Of a DNA stretch of 64,000 nt, positions 52,253-64,000 are shown in pieces (positions within the stretch are counted from its first letter, which is position 1; each line of letters opens with the position of its first letter). The stretch is from Sminthopsis crassicaudata. Its lineage: Eukaryota. The position numbers and the translations under genes were made by a program. The stretch lies in contig NC_133617.1 in assembly GCF_048593235.1 (NCBI RefSeq), positions 379,134,067 through 379,198,066 on the forward strand, written 5' to 3'. Under the pieces are notes generated by a model. The model ran no database searches, was not told the origin of the DNA, and saw only the letters and a list, made by a program, of their open reading frames with translations.

Positions 52253-52534
52253 AGCATCCTATATTTAGAACCATAAGGGATCATGAAATCTGGAAGAACC
52301 AACATGAAATCACATAGTGCACAGAGCATCCTATATTTAGAACCATAAGGGATCATGAAATCTGGAAGAACCAACATGAAATCACATAGTGCACAGAGCA
52401 TCCTATATTTAGAACCATAAGGGATCATGAAATCTGGAAGAACCAACATGAAATCACATAGTGCACAGAGCATCCTATATTTAGAACCATAAGGGATCAT
52501 GAAATCTGGAAGAACCAACATGAAATCACATAGT
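52253..52534. repeat. Perfect 72-bp minisatellite, 3.9 copies
   Basis: Unit AGCATCCTATATTTAGAACCATAAGGGATCATGAAATCTGGAAGAACCAACATGAAATCACATAGTGCACAG starts at 52253, 52325, 52397 and 52469. I see no mismatches between copies. Confidence 0.97.
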
Positions 52535-52959
52535 CCAATATCTCCATTTCACAGATGGGGAAAACTGAGGGCTCAGAAATATAAAGTGACAAAAGTATTT
52601 CTGGGTACAACTGTATAGTACAGTTGAAGCAAGATAAATAAACATTAGAGAATTAAAGCTAAAAGGAAGAAATCATGCTGATCCTTCTAGAGCAGAAGGG
52701 AAAGGTACGCCTACCTGGAGCATATAGTCCACCCATTATGTAATCACAGTGAACAGATAAACTAATGTAGGAAGGAGACATAAAATTCTACATTATCTGA
52801 GCATATCAGTTACAGACTCATTCTTTTAGAGGTAGAAACCTCAGAATAAATCTCATTCAACACATATCGAACAGGACAAAGAAAAGGTCAGTCAGCCTCC
52901 ATTCAAAGACCTCCAATTAAGGGGAAAACTACTAGCCCTCCTAGATGGCCATTCTTCTT

Positions 52960-53850
52960 TTGGATCTCTCTGACTGAGAGGTTTCCTCATGCTGAGCCCA
53001 ATGCTATTTCCTTTAATACTAATTAATTCCATTTTATCAGGCTCAGCAGAACAAGGCTTTTAGTTCTTCAATATGACACCCTCTTACAACTTACAAGAGA
53101 GCTTTACAAGTGGCTTTTAACTGAACATTCCCAGTACCTTTAAACAATCCTTTTATGACACAATGGACATACACATGCATTTTTCTTGCTCTGATTACAC
53201 TTCTATAATATGCCCTTTTTGAAAATACAACTGTCCCTCCAAAAAACTGTACACAACTGGCCAGATAGAATCTGACCAGGAAAAGAAAGAAAAGAAATAA
53301 GCATTTTTAAGTGCCTACTATGTGTTAGACACAGGGCTGAACATATTATAAATCTTATCTCCTTTGATCCTCTCCACAATTCTGTGATTTCAGGGATATT
53401 ATTATTATCCCCATTCTGTAGTTAAGGAAACTAAGACAGGCAAAGGTCAAATGCCTTGCTCAGAGTCATACAGCTAGTAAGTGCCTGAGACTGCATTTGA
53501 ATTCAAGTCTTTCAGCCTCCATTTTATCACCTAGCTGCCTGCCTGCTGAGTAAATAGTCTATCATGTAACTTCACTGTACTTCTCTTAATACAATATAAG
53601 ACTATATTATTTCATTTGGCTATCCTGTCATACTAATAATTTATGTTGAATTAGTTGTGTAATAAAATCCCTCAATTCTTTCTACATACCCTGTCTTTTA
53701 ACCATGTCTGCTCCAATTTATATTTGTTCAATTGTGATTTTTTAAAATATAAGTATAGGAATTTGTGTTCTCTATTATTAATTCTCCTCTTACGGTATTC
53801 AGCTTGTTCTTCCATCTTGTCAAAACCTTTTGAAATCCTACTTCTCTCAA
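52960..53850 (-). mobile_element. CR1/L3 LINE fragment with a nested MIR (~53300-53540)
   Basis: Reverse-strand CR1 RT-end sequence (AACTGTACACAA...CAGATAGAATCTGACCAG; ACAGTGAAGTTACATGATAGAC on the minus strand), homologous to 60400-60620. Confidence 0.65.
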
Positions 53851-55758
53851 CCTTTTGTTTTGTTTTGTTTTGCTAAAGAAAATTCACTTTGGTGTCAAAA
53901 GACCTTCAAATTTACTTTTTTCCCCCCATTTAATAGTTGTATTTTATTTTTTCAAATTACATATAAAGAACATTTCCTACACTTAAGTTTATTCAATTTT
54001 GATTTCCAAATTTTCCTCCTCACCCTCCCCCAGATGGCAAGTGATCATATTTACAATCATATTAAATATATTTCCACATTAGTCATGTTGTGAAAGAAAA
54101 ATCAGAACAAAAGGGGGAAACCATGAAGAAGAAAAAAAGTGAAAAGTCTGCTTCAATCTGAATTCAGAATGCTGAGTTCTTTCTCTGGGATATGGATAGC
54201 ATTTTTCTTTTTTCTTTTTTAAATTTAATTATAGTTTTTATTTATCAGATATATATGCATGGGTAATTTTACAGCATTGACAATTGCCAAACTTTTGTTC
54301 CAATTTTTCCTCTCCTTCCCCCCTCTTCAGATGGCAGGTTGAACAATAGATGTTAAATATGTTAAAGTATAAATTAAGTACAATATACGTATACATGTCC
54401 AAACAGTTGTTTTGCTGTAGAAAAAGAATAGGACTTTGAGATAGTGTACAATTAGCCTGTGACAAATCTACTTTTAAGCTTCACTACCTTTGTTACTTTG
54501 GGCACGCCCTGTGTTTCTTCACTTATAAAATGGGGAGGTGGGATCAGATGGATTCTGAGGGTCCTTCTGGCTCTGGCTCTTTGATCCTATGAGTCACTCC
54601 TTTCTTCAAAATATATATCCCTATTTTAAGAGGAAATAATAATACTTATAATACTGCAAACCTTTCAGTTCAATGTAAAAGTCTATAAATTTGGTAAAAC
54701 ATTTATCTATGCATGTCTTCATAGAAGTCATTTATAACCAGTCCCCAAAAAACAGTTTAAGAGCTCAGCTGGCCCCATATCAGCCCCCATTGTTCAATTC
54801 CCATCAACACCTTTCCTTCCCAGCATCATTCCTACCATATATAACTCAAAACCCCGCTCTGCTTTGGTCTTTAGTACAACTATATCCTTCCCAATAGTCA
54901 CTGGTCAAATACACATCTATTCACACCCCTAGGATGAACTGGAAGTCAACAACTAAAATTCTTCAGGTCAGATGATGGCCCTGTGCCCCCTATAACATAA
55001 CCTGCCTTTTCTCCCCAATGTCACCTTACCATCTGCCATGCCATAATATCCCCTTAACTACTGGGTCATTGCCATTTCATTTATTCTTATACCAAAAGGA
55101 GCCAAATTTCTGGGCATTGCCTTTACACTGCTGCTCAACCAAAGGTCCTCTGGTTTTTTTCATCAGCCCTATAGCTGAATCCTCCTGTATGTGTTGTTTC
55201 CTATAATTAAAATGTGAAATTTTTGAGAGCAGGCACTCTTTGCTTTTCTATTTGTGTTGGCAGAGCTTAGGTAGGGCTTAGCACATACTAAGTGTTTAAT
55301 CATTTTTTCCATTATATTCCATTCTATTGTTAAACATGTTGAATAGAACTGAATTAAAGGTTAAACATTGGAATGCTCTAGAGATCTCCTTTCATATTGA
55401 GTTCAAGCAATTGAACTGCTCAGTCAACTAGTTCTGAACCCATCCAGCTGGCCTCTTATGTACCCTTTTTGATCACATCTACAAAAACATTCTAAAATAT
55501 AGAATATTCTACATATAATTTTATTCCCTCTAAATAATAGAGAATCATTGTCTAGAAGGGAACTTAGATGTCATGAAATCCAACCCTTTCATTTTACAGA
55601 TAAGAAAACTGAGGCCCAAACTATTTGATTGACTTGTCCAAGACTCCATAGCTACAAAGAGGCAATGTTTGAATCATAGGTCCTTTGTCTCCAAAGACAG
55701 CACAGCTTTTCCCTCTGTTCAGAAAGACTTTGTCAAATGTCTTACTGATAACCTGATA

Positions 55759-57747
55759 TTCCTGTGTACATGGCATTCTCTTGACCTATTACCCTATCAA
55801 AAATTTTTAAATGTTGTATAAATGTAAAGTCATATATATGATTTACTTAGTAATATATGACATATATATGTATATCTATCTATATAAATATCAGCTATAT
55901 TTTATGTATTTATAAAATTTTGAATGTTAAGCTTTATCCTACAGTAAGAAGGGATTCATCAAGGGGGATTGACCAAGGCAGTAATACAATATGAGAAAAA
56001 TTATATGTGTGTATATATAAATAATATATATATATCAATATGTGGGGAGAGAGAGGGAAGATAGAGACACAAAGAGAGACAGAGACAAAGAGAGAGATAG
56101 AGACAGAGAGAGAGACATAGAGANNNNNNNNNNNNNNNNNNNNNNNNNNNNNNNNNNNNNNNNNNNNNNNNNNNNNNNNNNNNNNNNNNNNNNNNNNNNN
56201 NNNNNNNNNNNNNNNNNNNNNNNNNNNNNNNNNNNNNNNNNNNNNNNNNNNNNNNNNNNNNNNNNNNNNNNNNNNNNTAAAGTCCTTGCTTTCAAAGTTC
56301 TCTCAAACACTAGAATAATTTTATCTTTCTCTAATATTTCCTACAACTCACTAATATGATTACTTTTGCTAGACTGCCTCCCCTGCCTCCTCTATAATAA
56401 ATATAGTATACTTTTGGCCAATCTGCAACTTTATTTTACAAAATCCTTCCCATTATTTCAAACCTAGCCCAAATCCCAAATCTTCCACAAAATCTTTTCT
56501 GACTACTCCAGCCCATGCTGACCTCTTTCTTCTCTGAAATCCCTCTAGTACTTCATATTAACACCAATGTTTTCAACAATTAATAATAGAGTATCTCGCA
56601 TTGTTGCTCATACATGTATGTACTATTTCCCCAACTGGGTTTTAAATCCATGAAAGTAGGGACTTATTTTATAATTCATTCATGAATCTTCCCTCAATGC
56701 TTAAAGCAATGCTATATACTTACTACATGTATAGTATGGACAGAGGCTGCTTTCTTTTTAAAGTATAAAAAAAAGACAATAGAATGTTTGAATTAAAAAA
56801 AAAAAGATTTTAAGAGTCTTAAAAAAAACTTTAAAAGTATTTTTAAAAGGTCTTTTAAATGCTTTGATTGACCAGTTCTATTTACTGGAAGATTTGGTGT
56901 TCAGTCATGTCTAATTCTTCAAGCCCCCATAGCCCATGCCAGCCCTATCCTTGCATAGGGTTTTAGTGGCTAGAACACTGGAGTGGTTTGCCATTTCTTT
57001 TTCCAGTGGATTAAGACAAAAAGAAATTAAGTGACTGCCCAAAGTCATACTGTTAGTAGGTGTCTGAGATAAATTTGAATTCAGGTCCTCTTAACTAGGG
57101 TCAGCAATTTATCCACTGAGTTACCTAGCAGTCTTTTACTAGAAGGTAGCATTGCTCATTAATTTTGTAATTAATTCATTACTAAGTAAGTCCCAGGCTC
57201 TACAGGATCCAGATCTGGATCTAGAATATTTACTTGTGCATAGTAGTTACAATTTACCAAGTATTTTCTTCAGAGAAACCCTAGTTGGTGAGTATTACAA
57301 TTATTCTTTTTTCTCATTTTATGGATAAGGAAACAGGCTCAGAGAAAGTTAAAACAATTCTTCTCCTCCTCCTCCTCTTCTCTCTCTCTCTTTATGTCTC
57401 TATTTCCCCCTCCTTCCCCATATGTGTATATACAGATATCTATGTGTGTGTATATATATTTCTCTCTCTATATATATACACACATACAACTTTTTGTGCT
57501 ACTATCTTAGTCAATCCCCCTTGATTAGTCTTTTCTTATTGTGAAATAATGGTTTAATATTTTAAATTTTATAAATATATAAAATATAGCTGATATAATT
57601 TATATGTATATATATTTATCATATATATATTACTATGTAAATCATAAATGATTTTATATATGTAATTATTTACATTTATACAGCATTGTATGGATTTTTA
57701 ATGGGATAATAGGTCAAGAGAAAGCCATGTAAATTGCATAACAGGAA
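55759..57747. repeat. Inverted duplication: arms ~55759-56123 and ~57377-57747
   Basis: Collinear shared blocks between arm 1 and the reverse complement of arm 2: TACATGGC.TTCTCTTGACCTATTA, TGTATAAATGTAAA, ATGATTTAC.TAGTAATATAT, ATATCAGCTATATTTTAT.TATTTATAAAATTT, ATCAAGGGGGATTGAC.AAG, TATGTGTGTATATATA, ATAGAGACA.AAAGAGAGA. Confidence 0.85.
56897..57130 (-). mobile_element. Mar1/WALLSI-type SINE
   Basis: TTCAGTCATGTCT...ACACTGGAGTGGTTTGCCATTTC...AAGTGACTGCCCAAAGTCA...TTTGAATTCAGGTCCTC. Confidence 0.7.
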
Positions 57748-59611
57748 CTTACTCTTTCACTGTAGCTCTACCATTTTTTTTTTTTTTTACTATGTATTAG
57801 TTGATTCAGGATATAATTCCCAGTGCCTGGCAAATGGCTTTTGCACATAGTAGATGTTTTTGTTAGATGTAATTGAAGTATCTGAATCTAGCAACTTCCT
57901 CATTGGCAACCAGGAGCCTTTTGAGCTTTTTTTCTAAGTGGCGAACATTAGGAACACAGATAAACATTTAAAATAGGCAACAGATAATGCCATGTGATGG
58001 AGGTATGATATTTCGAAGGATGAGCATAGATCTTACCCAGAATGTCACTAATGTTGCTTTCTCCCCTTTCCTTGGATTGTGACTCACTCACTGGAGGGAA
58101 AAATCTATGGCAGGTCCTGCTAGAACCTGAGGGAGGTATGTGGAATTACTTGATATCTGGTTTGTGTGGGTGGTTTTTGCTTGTATTCCCTGAAGCTGTT
58201 ACTGGCCCTGTTTCCCTAGAGACAGGAAGTTTCCAAAGTATTGCTGGGAAATGCCATTTGGGGAGCATATGCAAGGGATTTCTAAAGGGATTGTGATCTG
58301 CAGAGCAATTCCTGAAGCACAATGTCTAGTACATAGTAGGTGTTTAATAAGTACTAATTGAATAAGACCTCCTCAAAAAGCCTCAGAAGGGGTTTATCAT
58401 AGCAAGGGGAGAGGGAGGAAGGGAATTTCCAGTAAGTGATCAACCAATCAAGGAGTAGTTATTAAGTGATGGGCATACAAGAGGCAACAATAAATACATA
58501 TGTAGATAAATACAAAATAGGTGATCTGGGGGGTGAAGGCACTAGCAGCTGGGGGGGGGGTCAGTAAAGCCTTTTGGTAGATATGGATTCTTGAACTGAC
58601 ATTTGAAGGAAACTAGAGATTCTGAAAGACAGAAATGAAAAAAAGACTTCTATGAATTCTAGGCCTAGGAGACAGTCTTAAGTTTAAAGGGAAATGGTAT
58701 GTGGAATACCACATAAGAGGAACCTCAAGCTGGATCTCAGTGTGCATGAAAGGGAGCAATGGACAATAAGACTAGAGTAATAGTTAAGGTTGCAAAGGGC
58801 TTTAAATGCCAAACATAGAAGTTTACATTTCTTCTTGTAGATAATAAGGAGCCAGTGGAATTTCTGGAATAGGAAAGTGGTATGGTCAACTTTCCCATAA
58901 ATAGGACAATCTATCTGAACTTAAATGGAGCTGACTGAGGCAACTGGCCACCTCTGGGAAGAAATCCTGGAAAACCATCTGGTTCATTGTTTTTGTTGCA
59001 AGGTACCTCCTATCCCATCATCAGAAAGTTTTCCCCTTCTGTATGGATATATGTTTAGAGATTTAGACATGTTGGCAATAGGAATTGAAACACTGGACCA
59101 CACTCCAGTTTTCTCTGTAAAATGTTTTTGATATGACACAGGTAGGCGAAAAAATTTCTTTGATGGGTGGAGAGGTAAATGACTTAGCACATGATCAGTA
59201 TTTACATAGTGATTGATGCTGAAATAGTGCTTTCACTGTTTATTTTTGGAGTGTTACATGCCCATCCTTGTAGAGAGTGATATTTGATTTAAAGGGAAGG
59301 GCATTGACTTTACATCTGACAGTCTCTGGCACATACATAATAGCATAATAATGTCATTTTTAATGCTGTTCATTGATTAATTGATAGAACTGCCTTTGGG
59401 CATTGATACGTTATGTGTCTTATAGCTAGTATATGTCAAATGTAGGATTTAAATACAAGTCCTCTTGACTCTGAGCTTGGTCCTTTTTCCAGCAGTCCTT
59501 GCTGCCTCTCCTTTTGATTCTGTTTTTTTGTTCTAAAGAGGTTTCTCTTTGGAGTAGGCAGGCTACATTGAAACTAATTATCAGGTAGAGGAAACTCAAT
59601 ATAAATGAGAA

Positions 59612-60622
59612 GATGCTCAGGTACTGTCTCTCGATGAATTCAAATCATCAGGGCCAATAGAACTATAGTTTAGAATATTGAAGAACTGACAGAGTTAATT
59701 GCTGAACTGCTGTCAGTGGTTTTTATAGGATGGAAGAAGTGCCACAGGCTTGAAGGAGATTAAAATCCCCTAACTTTCTAAAACATTGTCAGCAAACTTT
59801 ATATGGACAAGTGATTGTAATTTGTTTCCTAGTAAATTTTAAAATGAATTATTAAAACAATCATTTGAAAGCCCTTAGAGAAGGAGTGATCCAGCTGATT
59901 TTCAACAAAAACAGATCATACCAAGGAACCTTTTTCTTCCTCAGAAAACAGCTCCATCATCTGCAGACACATCCTCATTTTTATTACTCAGCCACAATCT
60001 CCTTATTTCACTTCATTTTTTGACAATTGAATGAGATTGGTACATAAAGGGAATGTTATGGATATAGTTTCTCACTCTTATGGATAATACTAAGAAGACC
60101 AATTTAGATGATATTTGATTTAGATGTATTAAGCACTGGTAAAGGACCTACTGTGTTCCAAGAACTATGCTAAGTGCTGCATCCATTTTGCAGATGAGAA
60201 GGATACAAATTAATAGATAATATCAATTTAGAAGGTCTATAGTCATTAATGAGCTAATATTAATTTAGAAGGATTTTCCAGAGTAGTCTGCCAGAAATCT
60301 GTCATTACTCTTGCTCTCCTCAGCATTTTTATGAGTAACTTAGATGAAGTTATAAATAGTTTGCTTGTCAAATTTTCAGATGCCATAAAAATTGGAAAGC
60401 TGCTAGCAAGCTGAATGACAGAATCTGGAGCTGAAAATATCTCAGCTGGCCAAAATGGTGGACCAAATCAAGTAATATGAAATTTAACAGAATAAATATA
60501 AAATATTGTAGTCAGGCTTGAAAATCAGTTTCAGAAATATAAGATAGCCATGATTGCAAATAGGCTCATTGGTTTTAACTTTTTATGAAGCTGAATGTTA
60601 GTCAACAGTGTGACATGGCCAC
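59612..60622 (+). mobile_element. CR1/L3 LINE ORF2 remnant. Another fragment lies at ~61880-62140 (-).
   Basis: Conceptual translation in pieces gives CR1-like LDEFKSSGP, ILKELTELIAELLSVVF and FMSNLDEVINSLLVKFSDAIKL (degenerate FADD), with frameshifts. Confidence 0.8.
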
Positions 60623-61118
60623 GGAAGTGTTCAGGAACCAGTTCCAGCAGCTCCCAATGGCTGATTGTTAAATTTTCAGCATAAAAATTTACATCTTGGA
60701 AAATAGACAAATACATGGATTTTAGTTATTGTTTTGCTAATTATTTGGGGAAGAAGGAGGAAGGAAGAATAGTACCTTCTATGTACTAGGCACTGAAAAA
60801 TACATTTAAAAATATTATGCATTTGATCTTCCTAACAACCTTCTTAGGTAGGTACTGCTATTATCCCCATTTTATAGTTGAGGAAACTGAGGCACAGGTA
60901 AAATGATTTGACCAAAGTCATGGAGCTAGTTATTGTCTGTGACTAGATTTAAACTCAAGCCTTCCTAATCGCATTTCGTTCAGGGCACCATCTGGCTGTT
61001 TTAGTTTTAAGAAAGTGATAGAGAAAATGTTAATTATACAAATTAACTGAAAAATATCATATGTACACTTTTTTTTTCAGAGAGCTGGTTGTTAAACATT
61101 AACCAGTGCATCATTGGA
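60623..61118 (+). mobile_element. MER63-like hAT element with a nested reverse-strand MIR (~60722-60990)
   Basis: GCTGATTGTTAAATTTTCAGC...TTATTGTTTTG, then the MIR, then TTAAGAAAGTGATAGAGAAAATGTTAAT...GAGAGCTGGTTGTTAAACATT.ACCAG. Confidence 0.75.
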
Positions 61119-63612
61119 CATGACATTCAATAACCCTATTTTCCTAAGTTGTGTTAAATAAGACATAGGTCCAGAGTGTCTAAAGCTGGATTTTAACTCA
61201 CAAAGTTGTCTTCTGACTTTAGACCCAGCACTATATGCACTGAGTCACCTATCTGCTTACCTATGTCTAATAGTTAGAGATATCTTAAAGTGTGAATAGA
61301 ATGGACTACCTTATCAGGGAGGATATTCTTCCTCCAGTAAACATTTATTAAATTCCCACTATGTGTCAAGCACTGTGTTAAGTGTTAGAGATACAATTAA
61401 TAAAAAAAAAGACAGTCCTTGACCTCAAGGAGCTTACAATGTAAAGAAAATAGAAAACACCAAAAGGAAGATAGGAAAAGGTTGGAGAGGGTGTATCTGG
61501 CATGAGGGCAGCTTGTTCTGAGGAGCTGCAAATAGACAGAGCAGCAGATGCAAAGTAGGTTTAGCTGAGTCCAGTTTCTGCCCTCCTTAAAGGAAGACTT
61601 TGGTTGGAGTTTGGAAGTTTGCTCTCCAGTCCTTCAATCAGAGGGAAGCAGTGGCACTCAAGGCTTGAGTTAGTAACATAGTGGTGAGTTTAGAAATGAT
61701 GAGATTAATCTGGAAGAGCATCTTGCTTCTTGGAGTTTAAAGCAGGCAAAGCAGAAGAAGCAAAGTGAAGATGTAAAATCCTCATCTTTGGTGGTCTTCA
61801 AGCAGAAGAGATCCTTGGTCAGGATTGTTGGGATTCATACCCTCTGAACCCCTTTCCAGCCCTTAGATTTTATAATTTGGTGAAATTCCCTAGATCTTTT
61901 CTTACCTGAATGATTGTCCAGGGATGCTTCCTCTATCCTGCACACCTATGCAATTGATATTTCTTCCACATGAATTAAAGAATGTAACCATTTATTTCTC
62001 TTGAATTTCCCTACTTGGATTCAGCCCATAGTCTTGTTTCATTGAAACTTTTTATGGCTCTTGATTCTGCCATCCAACACATTTGTTATTTCTCCTAGAT
62101 CTGGGTCACTCAGAAATTTTATAATCATTCTTCCATCTGTGCTATCTATTCAACAAATTTCAAGCCCACCTAATGTATGATTATGCAGGCCTCAGCCTGC
62201 CATGTTGTCCACAAGGGTATCATGAGACAATTGGCAAAGTTTAGGCTGAAATCCAGGCACACTAAATCTAGGCCAATACCCTGATAAACAAATCTTCCAC
62301 ATAAGAGATGAAATTCATTTATCAAAACAAAATAGGTCTGGCACTTTTATTTGCTTATTTCAATTCAACAAATATTTAATACTTACAAATTGTGCTAAGA
62401 AGTAGTATTTAAAAACAGCTTGCATTCCTAGTGAAGATGTTAGTAGGATTCATTCTTCTTGCTATGTGATCTTAAATGTATTCCCATTTTTTCCATCTTT
62501 AAAAAAATTTGTGTTCATTGAATTTTTTTTGTCTTACCTATTTCACACAATTCAGTGTCATTATTCTGACATCTCACCCCATTACAAACTTCTGTAGAAG
62601 AGTGAAGATAGTGGGGGGAAGCAGTGAATAAGTCATTTTTTGTTGGATAGTTGAATCTTCTTTAATTGTGTGGATATGATTTTTTTTAATCTTCTGTTTG
62701 GGAATGATTGAAATAGAAGCTTTAAGTCAGGCTCACATGGAGGCATGATGGGATATGTGTCCTGTCCAATAGAACCCTTGTGGAAAAATACATGGCTAAA
62801 GTGCTGCACCTTTGTGGTGCAATGGAGAGAGCTCTAGACTTCAAGTGAGGAGGCCTGTGCATAAATCCTGTCTCAGCCATTTACTTGCTCTATGATTATG
62901 AATAAATGACCTATTGTAGATTCAGTTTCCTCCTCTGAAAAAATAGTATTAATAAAACTCATTTCACAAGATGGCTGTGAGGAAAGTACTTTGCAGATCT
63001 TCAAGTATTATATGAATGTGCATAATTATTTTTAAGTCAAGTTTGATAGAAATCCTGGATGAGGATAATAATATCTCTTCTGAAAATGCTGCCTTTCAGA
63101 ATAGATTAATTCCAGACTAAATAAATCTTTCCCCACTCTGATTCATCTTCCCCTCATCTGTCAAAGTGATCCTTCTAAAGTATAGATATGGCAATATCAT
63201 CTCCCCTACTCTATAAACTCCAGTGGCACCCCAGTATCAAACATAAAAGCTTCTATTGGGTATTCAGTGCTCTATATCGCTTCCTCCCTCTACCCTAATT
63301 TCCATCTTTCCAGGCTTGTTACATTACAGTTCAGTGTCAGTGGCCTTCTCACTATTCCTCTTACCTAAAACACCATCGATGTGCATTTTTACTAACTGAA
63401 GCCCATACCTGAGAATACTCTTCCTCTTAATTTTCCTGGATTTCTTCAGGTCCCAGCTACAATTTCACCTTACAAAGGAAGCTTTTCCTGGTTCCCTCCC
63501 TCCCCTATTTTGTGCCTTCTATTATCATTTCCTATTTAATGTGTGTATATCTTATTTCTACACTGCTATTTGCATGTTGCTTCCTCCAGTAGGATGTGAG
63601 TAAATATTTCCT

Positions 63613-63910
63613 TGTGATGACTGCGTTAGCACTCTGGATACCTTAGAATCAACTGGAGTCAAGATAAGCAAAAGTCTTTATTCTTGGTCTTTAGCGGTAG
63701 AAGTCAAGGGGAATGGACCTCACCTCTTCCTCTCCCACCCAGAAGTGACCCTGGCTAGTCTTACTTCACCCCTAGTCCCTCCGACAATTCTCTGTATACA
63801 CCAAACAATTGGGCCAGCACAGGATAGGAAGGGCCATTTTTCAAGCATATTCTTATAGGGTATTGTCCAATCAGTAATTAGCCTCAAGTGCTCAATTGTC
63901 TGACCTCAGA
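63613..63910 (-). mobile_element. Probable (partial) solo LTR
   Basis: Begins TGTGATGA on the + strand (CA end on the minus strand). TCTTTATT gives AATAAAGA on the minus strand (~63677). CCAATCAG at ~63868. No TSD found. Confidence 0.55.
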
Positions 63911-64000
63911 TGTTTAGAAAATTTCTAGGACAGAATGCTGGATTGCAAGATAAGAAATCTGAGTTTTACTCCCAGCTTTCTCAGGTGTTTACCACACGTC

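Larger units (their letters stand above)
50765..54450 (-). mobile_element. Three separate L1 3' UTR fragments (~50765-50960, ~53920-54203, ~54205-54450)
   Basis: Each carries L1 3' UTR motifs seen elsewhere in the window (CCATATTAGTCATG.TGTGAAAGAA; ATGCATGGGTAATTTT...CAGATGGCAGG). Confidence 0.75.

Noticed and set aside
52225-52521. 98-aa repeat protein, or a CRISPR-like array
   Set aside because: The ORF exists because the 72-bp unit is a multiple of 3 and has no stop in that frame. There are no unique spacers, and the DNA is eukaryotic.

Overview
This is eukaryotic, AT-rich, CpG-depleted marsupial genomic DNA. The SINE and L1 content suggests an Australian marsupial, plausibly a dasyurid, but the species cannot be proven from sequence alone. 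It is a scaffolded assembly with four N gaps. The window opens in the 3' end of an endogenous retrovirus (polypurine tract plus a 3' LTR at 297-698). A single CpG-enriched promoter and a non-coding first exon containing a compound trinucleotide repeat lie at about 6.3-6.73 kb on the + strand. The remaining ~57 kb looks like the repeat-rich first intron of a large gene that I cannot name with confidence. I found no host protein-coding exon. The only real long ORF is a 5'-truncated, nearly intact L1 ORF2 inside a young antisense L1 with a perfect 18-bp target-site duplication (TSD). Other repeats include further L1 3' fragments, L2, CR1/L3, MIR/Mar1/WSINE1-type CORE-SINEs, RTE-derived SINEs, hAT MITEs, a two-TIR Tigger1 derivative and probable solo LTRs. 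I see no evidence for a new multi-gene system. The observations most worth following up are: a candidate uORF-bearing cassette exon next to exon 1; an LTR-like element with CCAAT/TATA/splice-donor layout in sense orientation; a ~370-bp inverted duplication; a ~195-bp direct duplication embedded in scrambled L1 pieces; and a perfect 72-bp tandem array. Repeat family names come from my recognition of consensus sequences, not from a database search. Boundaries are approximate unless a TSD is cited.
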